Source: Octopus sinensis
Taxonomy: Eukaryota
Reading direction: 5' to 3'
DNA length: 64,000 bases
NCBI RefSeq assembly: GCF_006345805.1
Contig: NC_043014.1
Location: 4,154,001-4,218,000 of the forward strand
In this document: positions 51,995 through 64,000 of the stretch, one piece after another
How positions within the stretch are numbered: position 1 is the first letter of the stretch
Layout: every line of letters starts with the position of its first letter
Made by a program: the position numbers and the translations under genes
Notes under the pieces: model-generated
Databases searched by the model: none
What the model was told of the DNA's origin: nothing
The model's input: only the letters and a program-made list of their open reading frames with translations

Positions 51995-52530
51995 GCGTCT
52001 CCATCCGACTTCGATAGGAAAATGTTCCACTTTCCAGCCTGCGTCTTCACATTCCTCAAGGTTTTCATAACGGTTCAATTTTCGAGCCCGAGCGGCGTCC
52101 ATATTATCTTCATGAGGAACTGTTAGCTCGACTATATTTACAACTTTTTTCACACCACATCAAAATATCTGTGTTTTTCGATACTGGGATGGGAAAGAAA
52201 ACCTGGCACCCTGGTAAATCTGCAGTTACCTCTCAATAGCCGTTCCACTTTTCATTTCTCTCAGGATGTTTCTTGATCTTTTTCTTGAAACGGATCCGCT
52301 GACCTGGTCGCACGATGGTAATGAAATCTCTTGATGGTACTTTTAACGGTTTTTCCTCAGTGTTGTTGAGGTGAATTTGGTTCTTTATAGCATTGAAGAT
52401 AACCTTAAGGACCAAGTTGTGCCTCCATGTGTACCTGTTCAATGCTAATGAACAGTTGGAAAGAATACGTGTTAGTGTACCGACCTTTCTACATTTGCAG
52501 ATGTCAATCTCTAAGACGTTCCATCTTTGA
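51995..52530 (-). mobile_element. HERO-like LINE zinc knuckle/RLE fragment
   Basis: CKCRKVGTLTRILSNCSLALNRYTWRHNLVLK and IVELTVPHEDNMDAARARKLNRYENL..GWKVEHFPIEVGW. Confidence 0.8.
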
Positions 52531-53055
52531 AACAGGTGATATGGGAAAGTGCAACATTGACAACAAAACATTTGTAGAGTAAATGCAGGGCTAATTCGAC
52601 TAAGCAACATGCTATGCGTCCGTTTGGAGTGTTTCAGGCCCTAACCTGTCATGCAAAATTGGGTGGGGTTTGTGTGATTTTTGAACGCACCGAAAAGCTG
52701 TCAGTGGATATACTCTCCTTTGCAGCAGTGTGCGCTGTGTCTAACACGACCCATCATCGGAAATTTTGGCACCTCACGTCGGTTTGTTGTCCTACATCAC
52801 TCATAGAGTAAATTTGGATGAACTGTGGTTGTTCATTCGCGGGTACCAGAGAAATCCAATGAGGGGATAGACTTGCCCTTGAACTTTGACGTCGGCGTAA
52901 ATTCATGTTTATCTATCTTCTTAGATTCACCAAACGATGTCATTTGAAATGCAGAGTTGTATTGTCTGATATTGTTCAGAAAATCCTTTAACTGGATTGA
53001 AGCGCCTTCTAGAAGATTCCTAAGGTGTTGAGATGTAGTGTTGGCAATGATACCT
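52531..53055 (-). mobile_element. Helitron relic (copy D), terminus removed by the LINE stack
   Basis: Paralog of 1600-2130. Confidence 0.7.
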
Positions 53056-53153
53056 GTCCGAATATGTTGTCATCTATTGCATTGTTTTAAGTTCTAAACG
53101 ATAATAAATACCTGAAGTTCTATTTATATGATGCTATTTCTATTTTTTCACAG

Positions 53154-53205
53154 AACCGTTTCATCTCCAAGAAATCTCTCGACGATAAACCTGATGACAC
53201 ACCAA
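53154..53205 (+). CDS. Copy D exon 2
   Basis: 52 nt, canonical borders. Confidence 0.72.
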
Positions 53206-53414
53206 GTAAGAACTAATTTTATAGCTAAAGTCATTACCCGTGTCTCCTTAAGTCATGGTTTATAATTTCACACAACTTTGAATTAGTTCCACATTACTAT
53301 CCACATGTCCACAATAGTATATACTAAGACACTTGCCTGAATTTATTTCGAAATATATTCTACTTTACAATAATTTCCTAAATAAAATGTTACTCTAATA
53401 TACAATGCCATTTA

Positions 53415-55030
53415 TTGTGTATATGAGTATATATGCAGTGCTACGTCGATAATTGTACCAAGCAGCATGTCGTCTACTAATAACAGTCGACCGATCACGT
53501 AGAGATGAATTAGGATACCTCTACCACAATGGCTGAGCATATTCAACCAGATCACAAAAAAGAATGTGAGAAGGGGCACTAACAATGCACACTTCAACTA
53601 AGTGAAACCTTCACGTTGAAAACTTTCGACTTTACATAAATACAATAATTTAACATCCATATAAGTACTTTATGGCAACCAGTATTTGCCCATTAAACTC
53701 ACCTTCCTGGTAAACCATCCACAACATTCCCCAGGGCATGTGATCGTGTGCCTTTTCGTGGTTTACAGCGTCTAAACCTTGGAACTGGAAGATCTGTCTT
53801 TGAATGACTATCTGGTCAGGTGTACCGCGTGTCGGACGGTAATATTGGGCGCGACGTTTTCCCTACATATCTTTTCCTGACATCATATGTAGACTTTTCT
53901 ATAATTAGAATACACTCTTTGATCTTTTTTTGAAAAAATTGTGATTGTCACCCCGTATTACCATTGCCTTGGTGTTTTTTCCAGAGGTCCCATCCACCTA
54001 GCATACATGGGTCACTCAGAGAATACCATCTGTATTTAAGGTTTCTAAAATATCAAGCCGAACGTGCTTTTCACTTGCAGTTTTATCACTTTTAAGTGAA
54101 TTTAGCTCAAATAAGCGTTCAACCGAAGAAGAACCTGACGGAAATAATACAATCACGAATCCATTTCGATGTCCAAATTCATTCCGGATGGTCACTCTCA
54201 ATTTGGATGCAAAAGTCTCCACATTTTCGCTTCTGATCCCAGCATCCACTGCGGCTTCCAACTGTATTCTGTAGGTCGCACTGGACTTACCAATTTCCAG
54301 TGTTCGACAGATTGTAGGAATGTTCAGGTTTTCAGACATTTAGGTAGTGACGAGTTGACAACTCGTTCAGCAAAGAGTGAAAGAGGACCGAAATCTATCA
54401 CAAACCTCTGTCACCAAGTATTTCTATACCAGGCACCCTTATAAATATCCCTGTCTTAAAATAATATCTATACCATAGAGAGGAGAGTGTGTATCCTGCA
54501 CTGAAGGCTGCTATGACCTCTCCATTAAGTTCACTGACGACATTCCTTCCAATCAATCCTTCTCACGGTTATCAGTGCCAAGGTGTGCACTGAAGTTTCC
54601 TTGCAGGACAAATGACTTTGCCCCAAATATATCTAAAGCTGAGGTGAATTTGCTTAAGAAGGATTTGTATTTGACCCCGTTGTTTGCTGCATATACTTAC
54701 AGCAGCCACAGTGGTCCTTCATATTCAGCCTTAGCTTCAAGAGGTGAACACTCACACCTAGTAGGTTTCACTCAATAATACAATCCGAAAGCTGGAGATT
54801 GAGAGTATCCTAATCCCACCTGTGCAGACATTGCTGGCACCACAGTTGCGTAGTGGAGTTTCAAGCCTATATCCAGGTGTACGCTATCGGAGAAAGGAAA
54901 TTTTGTAGAGGAGACACCGATTATATCTTACAGGCAGATTATATCTAACAATTTTGACGTTTTAATTCTCAATTATTAAAGGTTCCCTTCTTGATCTGCT
55001 TTGTTGTCCTGAGACCGTCAATATTGTGCT
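53415..55030 (-). mobile_element. Decayed RTE-like LINE in intron 2 (copy D), ending at a fusion breakpoint
   Basis: Paralog of the copy A intron-2 element, with deletions. Confidence 0.55.
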
Positions 55031-55034
55031 CCCA

Positions 55035-55060
55035 TCAAAAACGGTAAGTCATGGATTTTG
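55035..55060 (+). other. Fusion junction: copy D intron 2 joined to the last ~9 nt of an exon 1 plus its donor
   Basis: ttgtgctccca (intron 2) followed by tcaaaaacg|gtaagtcatggattttgtgttaa (exon 1 end and intron 1 start). Confidence 0.85.
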
Positions 55061-55655
55061 TGTTAACATATGTATGTCTGTATGCATGTATTTATTTAGG
55101 TATGTATGTGTGCTTGTGTGTGAATATGTGTGTATGTATTATGTATGTGTGCGCAGTTAGGGCGCAGTTTAAGCTATCTTTTCGTGTAAGAAGGTTTATG
55201 TTCCTATAACAGGTGTTAATTTTGTAACACTTTAAAATGCAAGATAAGAAAGTTCATTTTCGGCACTTGATGCTTTGGGAACCAGACAAAAATTGCTGCA
55301 GCTCGGCTGGCATGTGTTACTCCATCCCTCCATATTCGCCAGATATTGCACCTTCGGATTTCCACTTATTCAGGCCTCTTGCAGAATAGTTTAATGGTAA
55401 AAATTTTAATTGCCTTGAATGACGTAAAAGATACCTCGATGAATTCTTTGCCATGAAACCACCTCAATTCTGGAAAGAGGGTATTTTCAAGTTAATGGAA
55501 AGATGGAGAAGCATAGTTTTACAAAATGGTTCATATTTGGTTGTTTAAAATGCAATGGCAAGTATTTATTGGCCCTTTATATTCCTTTAAAAATCGGCAC
55601 GAGCTTTCCATGCAACCCAATATAAATACATATATATATATATATATGTATAAAC

Positions 55656-55746
<91 letters not shown>

Positions 55747-56525
55747 AATTTTTATACACTTACATATATACATCTACATATACACACTATATTTAAGGAG
55801 TGAATAACCAGTTATATAGCACCCGTGTACAAAATATCTAATCCTCATCCCTTTCGTATGCAGTCAATTTATAACCTACTATATATGTTCCCTAACATTT
55901 TTCTTACAAACTTTTGTGATATTCCATTGAACGCCAAAAGATATGTTGACCTTCGAGCTTCAATCCGGAATATTATTCACCAGTGCTAGAAATACCCGAC
56001 TCTTCAGTGATCATGATGGATAACTATACTAAACAATATCAAGGCAATAGAGCTTTGCATAAATTCAAACTACTTTTAAATATTGCATCCTATTGCCTTG
56101 ACAGATTCTCCTAAGGACGCAGTGGAATAGTCCTACAGCGGATTAGGACGCCGTACATGAAAGGTTGGCGTCGGGCTTCTCTTGTGCGTCAGCAGAATGC
56201 GCAAGTCTACGTTTCTAGTCGTCTTCAAACTACCAGCGATTTTAGATAGCAAAATTAGTCTACTCTTGACAATGAACAGGGATATTAGCTGTTTATGTAA
56301 TGTGTATGCTTTGCCATATACAAGCATGAAATAATGAAATACCAGATTCACAGAAAGGCATGCAGTTGCAGCAAATCTCCAAGACGTAACACGATATAAT
56401 AGATTTGGTGGAATGGACAATGTCGACGTCACCCACATCTTCATAAAATGCTGTCCGAAAATGTTGTCATGTATTGCATTCTTTTCAGTTCTAAACGATA
56501 ATAAATACTCTCTATTTTTCCACAG

Positions 56526-56577
56526 AACCGTGTCATCTCCAAGAAATCTCTCGACGATAAACCTGATGACACCCCAA
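56526..56577 (+). CDS. Copy E exon 2 (NRVISKKSLDDKPDDTP), divergent paralog
   Basis: cacag|...|gtaag, 52 nt. Confidence 0.72.
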
Positions 56578-56889
56578 GTAAGAACTAATTTTATATTGTA
56601 TAAGACAATAACTTTGAAGAAATGTTCAGGAATGAGATTAATATTATAAAGTATCCAGCTTCCAGTTCTACAGTGTTTAGCTAAAGTTATTCACCCGTGT
56701 CTCCTTAACGATTTATAATTTCACCAAAGTTGAATTGAATCTACATCACTATCCATATTTCTTCAGTAATATATACTAAGACACTAGTCTAAATTTCTTT
56801 TAAAATACATTTTACTTTACAATAATTTCCTTTATAAAATTTACTCTTTTATACTATGACATTAATTGTGTGTATATGAGTGTGTGTGT

Positions 56890-58875
56890 GTGTGAGTGCA
56901 GCGCTTCGTCGATAAGTGTACCAACCATTGTTCGTCTGAGAATCGAATGCCCGACCTAGCGCATCAATGCGTTTATATCTAGAAGTTAGCAATCTTTCAG
57001 TCTTGTGCTTCCAATCACTCGTGAATAGATTCCCGAAGTAACGATGTTACACTTTCCTGCAGAGTGTGTGTTAGTCATCCCTGCCTTGGAGCACTCGGCA
57101 GCCAACCCATTGAATGCGTGTCGAAAGTGAACATTACATGAGTCAGATAGCAGCATGTCGTCTGCAAATAGCGGTCAACGACCCCTACAGACGAAATCAG
57201 ATACTGCTCGCACAATGGCTGAGCCATGCTCACCAGATCATAAGTAATGTGAGAAGCACTAACAATGGACTCTTCTAGTGAAGTCTAAACTCCATGTTGA
57301 AAACATTCGGCTTTTGCACAAATTCAAACATTTGGGCATCCGTACAAGTATTTTACAGGAATAATAATTTGCTCAATAATCTCGCCTTCCTGGTAAAACC
57401 ATCCGCAACATGCCCCACGGCACGTGGTCTACAGCGTATTCCCCTTGGAAATATTTCAACGTTTTCTCGAAGATCTGCTTTGAACTAATATCTGGTCGGG
57501 TGTACTGCGTCCAGGACAGTAGTCTTAGACGCGACCATTTACCTACGTATCTTTTCTAGACATGTAGTGTAGACTTTGTCTTGAAAAAATCTGTGATTAT
57601 TACCCCGGATTGACATTGCCCTCGTGTCTTCCCTGATGCCCCATTCCACCTAGCATACATGGGTCACTCAGAAATACCCTGAGTATTTAAGGGTTTAAAA
57701 TTATCAAGACGAACGTATTTCTCTCCAGCAGCTTTATCACTTTTCAGTGACTTTAGTTCGAAACAATATATACAATCATTAATCGATTTCGATGCAAAGT
57801 TTATTCATGTGGGTCTCTCTCAATTTGGATGCAATATTATCCACAATTTTGTTTCTTATTCCATCATCCACTACTGCTTTCAACTTTATTCTGCAGGTCG
57901 CACTGGACTTACCAATTTACTAGGTTCTCCCAAATGTAGGCATCTTCCGGTTTCAGACATCTTGGTAGTGATCAGTTGACAACTCTCTCCACTCCTTTTA
58001 CCCGAACGTCCAGCACAGAATCAAAGATGACTGAGACGACAACATCTATCAAGAATTTCTGTCACTAAGCATTTCTTTCCAAGTACCCTTATAAACAATC
58101 CTGTCTTAAAACGATAACTATATCATAGAGAGTCCGTTTCCTGCCAGAAGACTAGTATGGCCACCCCATTAAGGTGTGTGACGCCATTCCACCCAATCAA
58201 TACTTCTTGCGGTTATCAGCGCCAAAGTGTGCACGGAAGTCTCCTTGTAAGACAAATGACTTTACCCCAAAATATATCTAAAGCTGCTGCAGTGAATTTG
58301 TTAAGGAAGCATTTGTATTTGGCCTCGCTATTGGTGCATTTACTACCAGCAGCTACACCACTCCTTCATTCTGCTTGAGCTTGAGGAGGTATCCCTTAAT
58401 ACCTAGTGGGATTCACTTCATAATCCAATCCGAAAGCTAGGGATTGTGAGCATCTCACTTCCGCCTGTGCTGACATAGTTGGTGGCACACCTGCACGGTG
58501 GAGTTTCCAACCTACTTCCAAGTGTATGCCTCCGAAGTAACGAAGCTTTCTTGAGGAGACACCGATATAGCTCTTTGTCTCGACCGGGTTTGACAGTCTA
58601 ATTCTCAATTATAAATGGTTGATCCCTACTGGACCGGCTTCGGGGTCCTGGAACACGCATATTTTGTACTCCTTCCCATTCATCCTAGATTAAGATGAGT
58701 GGAGACTGCAATATATTTCCCGAATGGACTCCTCCACTCAAGATCCGTACGCTAATATTATCCCTCTCGATGGATGACGCGGTATGGCTATTCCTTCGAG
58801 CCCTTTCCATATTGTAGCTATGATGGCCTGATTCGCGCCAAACACCAAGCTGATATTTGTAATTGACCAATCAGG
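56890..58875 (-). mobile_element. Decayed RTE-like LINE in intron 2 (copy E)
   Basis: LQGDFRAHFGAD and VLDVRVK..STDH motifs on the minus strand. Confidence 0.6.
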
Positions 58876-59285
58876 TGCCAAGAATTGACAATATGGCCTA
58901 CATATCTATAAAGAAGAACTTTATCATCATTATGGTCACAAATATATATATATACTCACATCCAAGTTCAACTACAATCCAAACATCCGTTCTTAAGGGA
59001 GCCAAATACACATTCTGATATTCTGAGATTAATCTCTCAATTCGTTGACATCAACGTCAACAACAGGCTCAATAGACAATGACTAATTTTCTTCCTTTAA
59101 AATTTATTCTTAGCGAATCCTTTACTTCTTTCATTCTTTTTCGATTTCATCATTCACTCATTCTTTTTCTCTTAAATTTTAAATTTCTCTCCTCTCTATC
59201 AATTCCTTCCAAGCCAACAACTTCCTTTGTATAGGATTCAAGAATTCTTTCTTTTAAACTAAATTGTTTCATTTTAATTTCACAG

Positions 59286-59360
59286 AACCTGGTCCCGGAT
59301 CATTGTATACACGGTGGGGCAGAACAAGTTGTTCTCCTTATTCAAGCCTTGTATATGACG
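59286..59360 (+). CDS. Copy E exon 3 (KPGPGSLYTRWGRTSCSPYSSLVYD)
   Basis: cacag|...|gttagt, 75 nt. Confidence 0.82.
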
Positions 59361-61183
59361 GTTAGTACAAACTAAACTATACTTCTGTCCACTCCTTCTC
59401 TCATTATCTTTCTCTTTTCTCTTTTCATACCTCTCATTTTCTCATTGTATCGCTCTTCTCTCTCTCCCCCCTCTCTCACGCACACGCACTCACACGCAAC
59501 ACAGCAATCATCTCTGATATATCACATTTGAAACGATATATAGAGTCTGCACAAGACTGCTTATTCCTTTGTAGGTATTTGGTCAAATCAGAATTTTATA
59601 GGTTGTCTAGCGTTGACCAGATGAAAAGGATGTTGTCTAACCACAGAATATAGACATCTGTACTTAAATTATAGATAGGGACTAGACTGGGGTCCAGTAT
59701 AGCGATCAAGAACTCCTGGCTGACTGGTATGGAGTGTAGATATCAAATACCAAGCCTGCTAATTGGTAATAAATTGTACTGGCTACGGATGGTGTTTTGT
59801 ACGAGTATGACCACGGGTGAAGAATGGCAGCTTGACTAACATTAACTAAATTGACTATTGATTGTTGTTATAGACTAAATTGAACAAGGTCTAATTAGAA
59901 TTGATGACAGTGACTGTAAATGGTTAATGATATGAACGCAGAATGTACAATGTGGACTGGACAAACCACACACTGTAATTAATGGACAAAGCTAACTAAG
60001 GGCTGTATTTATTAAGAATCATATGGAGGACTAAGTACCACTGAGAGAACCCAAGTGAGTACATATTGCACTTCTATTCTTCTCCGCCTTACCGAAATCG
60101 TCCTATCCCTAAACCTTTCTATTTCCATGCGCCACCTCCCCTCATTAATTGTCCAGTGTATCTTTGTAAGGTAACGCCGGCACATCCAATTTAAAGATAC
60201 TGCTTCCCACATCTTCTCCAACCAACCTCGCATCCTTTGTGAATCTGCTCCCTATAAACCCTACACATGTCCTTTAACGGTTGCCGACATCGCTGTCCAT
60301 TCTTCTTAAACACTACGCCATCAATGAGCTTCAAAATTCATGCGCCACGTCGCCTCATTAATTGTCCAGTGTATCTTGGTAAGGTAACGCCGACACTTCC
60401 AATCCAAAGCTACTGCTTCCCACATCTTCTCTAACCAACCTCGCATCCATTGTGAATCTGCTCTCTATAAACCCTACACATATCCTTTATTGGTCGCCTT
60501 TCCGCTGTCCATTCTTCTTAAGCACTACGCCATCAATGAGCTTCAAAATTCACCCCACCTCAGTTCGTGCTTTGCATGAAATAAAATCTGTGTGATCATA
60601 ATATTATAGTATGTGGTAGGCCCGTCTCGTGATAGGCTTGACTCGTCCGAGACAACCGATGGATATAGCCAGCCACGCCCTTATGGTCGGCTAAACAGTA
60701 TTTCATCCCCTCTTACCCACCTTCTCTGCATCTCGCCGTCTCTCGTATTGTTCTACTCAAACCACATGCAATTCACATCACCAACAATTTTCCCGTTCGA
60801 ACGTGAACGACATCTTTTCCATTTCGGGAAATCACGACCACATGCGTTACAAAATCTCTTTCCTTTCTCCGTTTATTGACATCTACACACGAACATCTAC
60901 CCCATGCAATACACATCACAACCACAAATACTTACCCGTACAACACACACACATACACACACACATGAAGAGAAGAGAAACGCACAGCTGCAAACTCATG
61001 CGCACTCCCATCCAGCAACACACAGCTTACACTTACATAAACACTAACATATACACCACAATTCGTTCACACGTGACTAAACATGACTCCTTTTAAGGGT
61101 CAAACTGTAATGAATGTTTCCGTTATTTCATATATAATTTTGCTTAATATCTTTTTTACTTGATTTATTCTTACCAATTCAAG

Positions 61184-61681
61184 GTTTGGCTGGTGGACAA
61201 TTTCATGAAAACACAGGTGGCGGAAGTAATCTATTGTGTCTACCCAACGATCCCATTTGGGCCAATTATACTGCAAAAGTTGAAAATGGTGGTCGGATTT
61301 ATGGCAGTGAATATCAAATACAGTATTACGACACCAATGCCATCTTTTCTTTTGCTAACGCTAAATCACTTAATAATCACAACCCTCCGTGCGCTGTCTG
61401 TTTGACACGACAACCTGCTGTTGTTATGATGTTACCAGCCGGGAATGAGTGTTACACTGGTTGGACAGCTGAGTATTCAGGATATTTGATGGCCGAACAT
61501 CATAATCATAAGGGCAGATATAAATATGTGTGCGTGGACTACACCAGAAGCTGATACAGCAGGTTACAGAGACGAAGATGGAGCTTCTTTATATTTCGTT
61601 CAGGCTTCTTGTGGTTCATTGCCATGTCCACCGTATGTCGAAGGTCAAGAATTAACCTGCGTTGTGTGCAGTAAATATTGA
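61184..61681 (+). pseudogene. Copy E exon 4 with 2-nt deletion (frameshift, stop at 61554)
   Basis: gactac-gc-accagaa in A versus gactacaccagaa in E. The ancestral frame continues intact to CSKY* at 61681. Confidence 0.85.
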
Positions 61682-62984
61682 ATAGAAATTAAATTCGGTT
61701 CCATATGAAAATATGTCTGTGAATTACATGAAATAACATAAAATTTTAATTGTGTTACCTAATATTTTCCTTAAAGTATGTCTATCGTTACAATAAAACT
61801 GTTGTACTAGTTTACAGAAGATATTGAAAGCTATACAAAATATGCGACGTAGAATGCCAGAAATATCCTCAAAAATAAGAAAAATCTAAATCTGTCGGAA
61901 TGATTTTGAAAACATTTTGTAAGATTTCAGTTTACCAAACTCAATGTTGAAAGAAAATGCTATTTCGTTTAACAGTATTTTCTCTTCTGTCTCATGATTC
62001 AACAAAACCCCAAATAAAGTACCACCATAGAATTATATCAGCTTTTCGTGCACAGCCTTATAAAATATAATGCTTGGCGCTACTATCTCAGACATCTTGG
62101 TTTTCAAATTACAACTCGGATTCTGACAAGGAGCCATGAACCGCTACATTACTTAGCACAGAACTTAACTGATTCTTTCAACAACAACCAGATACTTCCA
62201 CACAATCCATTCTATTTGCCGTTATTAATCAGGAAGCTTTCCGTTCCATTCCTACCTACCCCATATCTTATAAAACTTATTTATCGTCTACTTTACAAAT
62301 ATCACAAAATCTTTATTCTAAGATTTCTGAGAGTGTGGAATTTACAAGATGAATCCTTCAAAAGGCAGTATAAATGAGTATTGGTGCTGCCAATCCTAAA
62401 TCTAATCACAACCCCCACCCCCCCACCTCTCCACAAAATAAGACACAAATAAACTCGATACACTGAACACTCACCTCATACACTAAATGAATGGTTCGGC
62501 TAACAGCATCACGTTGCAATAAACATCAAAGAATCATTAGTGTTAACCATCCCGCTGTAATTATTCTGATGGCAAATCCGCATTCGCTTCTCTTGATTAC
62601 GAATATTCTCCTGAGTGTAAATTCTAAACAAACTCTGAGAATATGGACGCTGGTAAATCTTGAATTTTTCAGTTGTTAGTGATGCAGCATAATTTGATAG
62701 TTAAAACGACCGCCATGTGTTTAAGCTGTACAGAGCATGCGCAGCTGCATATGCAACACGCGACTACAAAAGGAAAATGATGGGGCTATGCTGAAATCTG
62801 ATATGGCTGTGAGATTTTAGCTTATCTCAAATTAATCTTAATTCGACGGCGAAATTGAGATTATATTATATATATATATTTATATATATAATATTTAACC
62901 TTTTAAACAAGCCTTCTGTAGTTTTTTCACTTTTTACTATTTTCTATATATATATATATATATATATGCTCTTTTTTGTTTACT

Positions 62985-63335
62985 TGTTTCAGTCATTTGA
63001 CTGCGGCCATGCTGGAGCACTGCCTTTAGTCGAGCAAATCGACCCCAGGAATTATTCCTTGAAAGCCTAGTACTTATTCTATCGGTGTCTTTTGCCGGAC
63101 CGCTATTACGGGGACGTAAACACACCAGCGATGTTGGGGAGACAAACACAGACACACATATATATACATACGACGGGCTTCTCTCAGTTTCCGTCTACAA
63201 ATCCGCTCACAAGTCTTTGGTCGGCTCGAGGCTATAGTAGAAGATACTTACTCATGGTGCCACGCAGTGTGACTGAATCCAGTACCATGTGGTTGGTAGG
63301 CAGGCTACTTACCACACACACTCCACTCCTGCGCT
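62985..63335 (-). mobile_element. Octopus-type SINE
   Basis: Same family motifs, reverse orientation. Confidence 0.78.
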
Positions 63336-63414
63336 TATAGAGAAAAATAGGTTGCTCTAAAATAGAGAGCAATGCCCATGTGCGTTAGAAAGAACGATTG
63401 ATCTCTCCTTTTTT

Positions 63415-63960
63415 GCAACAGTATTTCATCCCCTCTTACCCACCAGTTCTCCGCATATCGCCGTCTCTCGTATTGTTCTACTCAAACCACATGCAATTCC
63501 CATCACCAACAATTTTCCCGTTCAAACGTGAACGACATCTTTTCCATTTCGGGAAATCACGACCACATGCGCTACAAAATCCCTTTCCTTTCTCCGTTTG
63601 TTTACATCCACACACACACATCTACCCCATTCAAACATACGTAATAATACACATCACAACCACGATTACCTAATCGTGCACACACACACACACACACACA
63701 CACACGCGCACATACACAAACACACAGACACACACAAACACACGCAAATACACACACATACACACACAAACAAACACACACACACATATATGTAGAGAAG
63801 ACAAACACACACGTGCGAAAACATGCGCACTCTCATTCAGCAACACACAGCTTACACTCATATAAACACTACACATACACCACAATTCGTTGACACGTGA
63901 CTAAACATGACTTCTTTTAAGGTCAAACTGTTATGAATGTTTCCGTTATTTCATATATAA
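63415..63960 (+). repeat. Duplicate of the 3' end of copy E intron 3 (60700-61137)
   Basis: acagtatttcatcccctcttacccacc..aaatcacgaccacatgcg..aatgtttccgttatttcatatataa, repeated. Confidence 0.85.
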
Positions 63961-64000
63961 CTAGCAGTATCGCCCGGCGTTGCTCGGGTTTGTAAGGGAA
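63961..64000 (-). mobile_element. Helitron 3' terminus (element extends beyond the window)
   Basis: Minus strand cccgagcaacgccggg hairpin, then cgatactgCTAG|T: canonical hairpin + CTAG end at an A|T site. Confidence 0.75.

Overview
Eukaryotic, microsatellite- and SINE-rich genomic DNA. It is most likely an octopus (inferred from the SINE type, the repeat density and the GC-expanded 28S). The backbone is a tandem array of a 4-exon + strand gene in copies A-E, with a unit of about 12 kb. It encodes an N-terminally hydrophobic, cysteine-rich protein with the YTRWGR..CP / GGGSNLLCLP / CAVC / C-terminal CVVC motifs of 'short-chain collagen C4-like' proteins, but it has no Gly-X-Y helix. Copy A exons 2-4 are intact, B and E carry exon-4 frameshifts, C is truncated, and D is fused to E. 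Between C and D lies a 7.5-kb rDNA block on the minus strand, ordered 28S(3' part)-1.27 kb spacer-5.8S-ITS2-28S(5' end), with no recognisable 18S. Its 28S is interrupted exactly at the R2 site by a 1,645-bp apparently non-coding, hairpin-rich insert. The spacer carries degenerate copies of the R2-site flanks that lack the cleavage site. Intron 1 of copy D holds a 10-kb same-orientation stack of retroelements (Penelope-like, HERO-like RLE LINEs, L1/Tx1-like). One HERO-like 5' UTR contains five tandem hairpins with different stems and an invariant GAAAGA loop. Helitron, RTE-like and R4/Dong-like relics, degenerate hammerhead motifs and a ~185-bp inverted repeat are also present. TE and SINE boundaries are approximate and family assignments are by motif recognition only.
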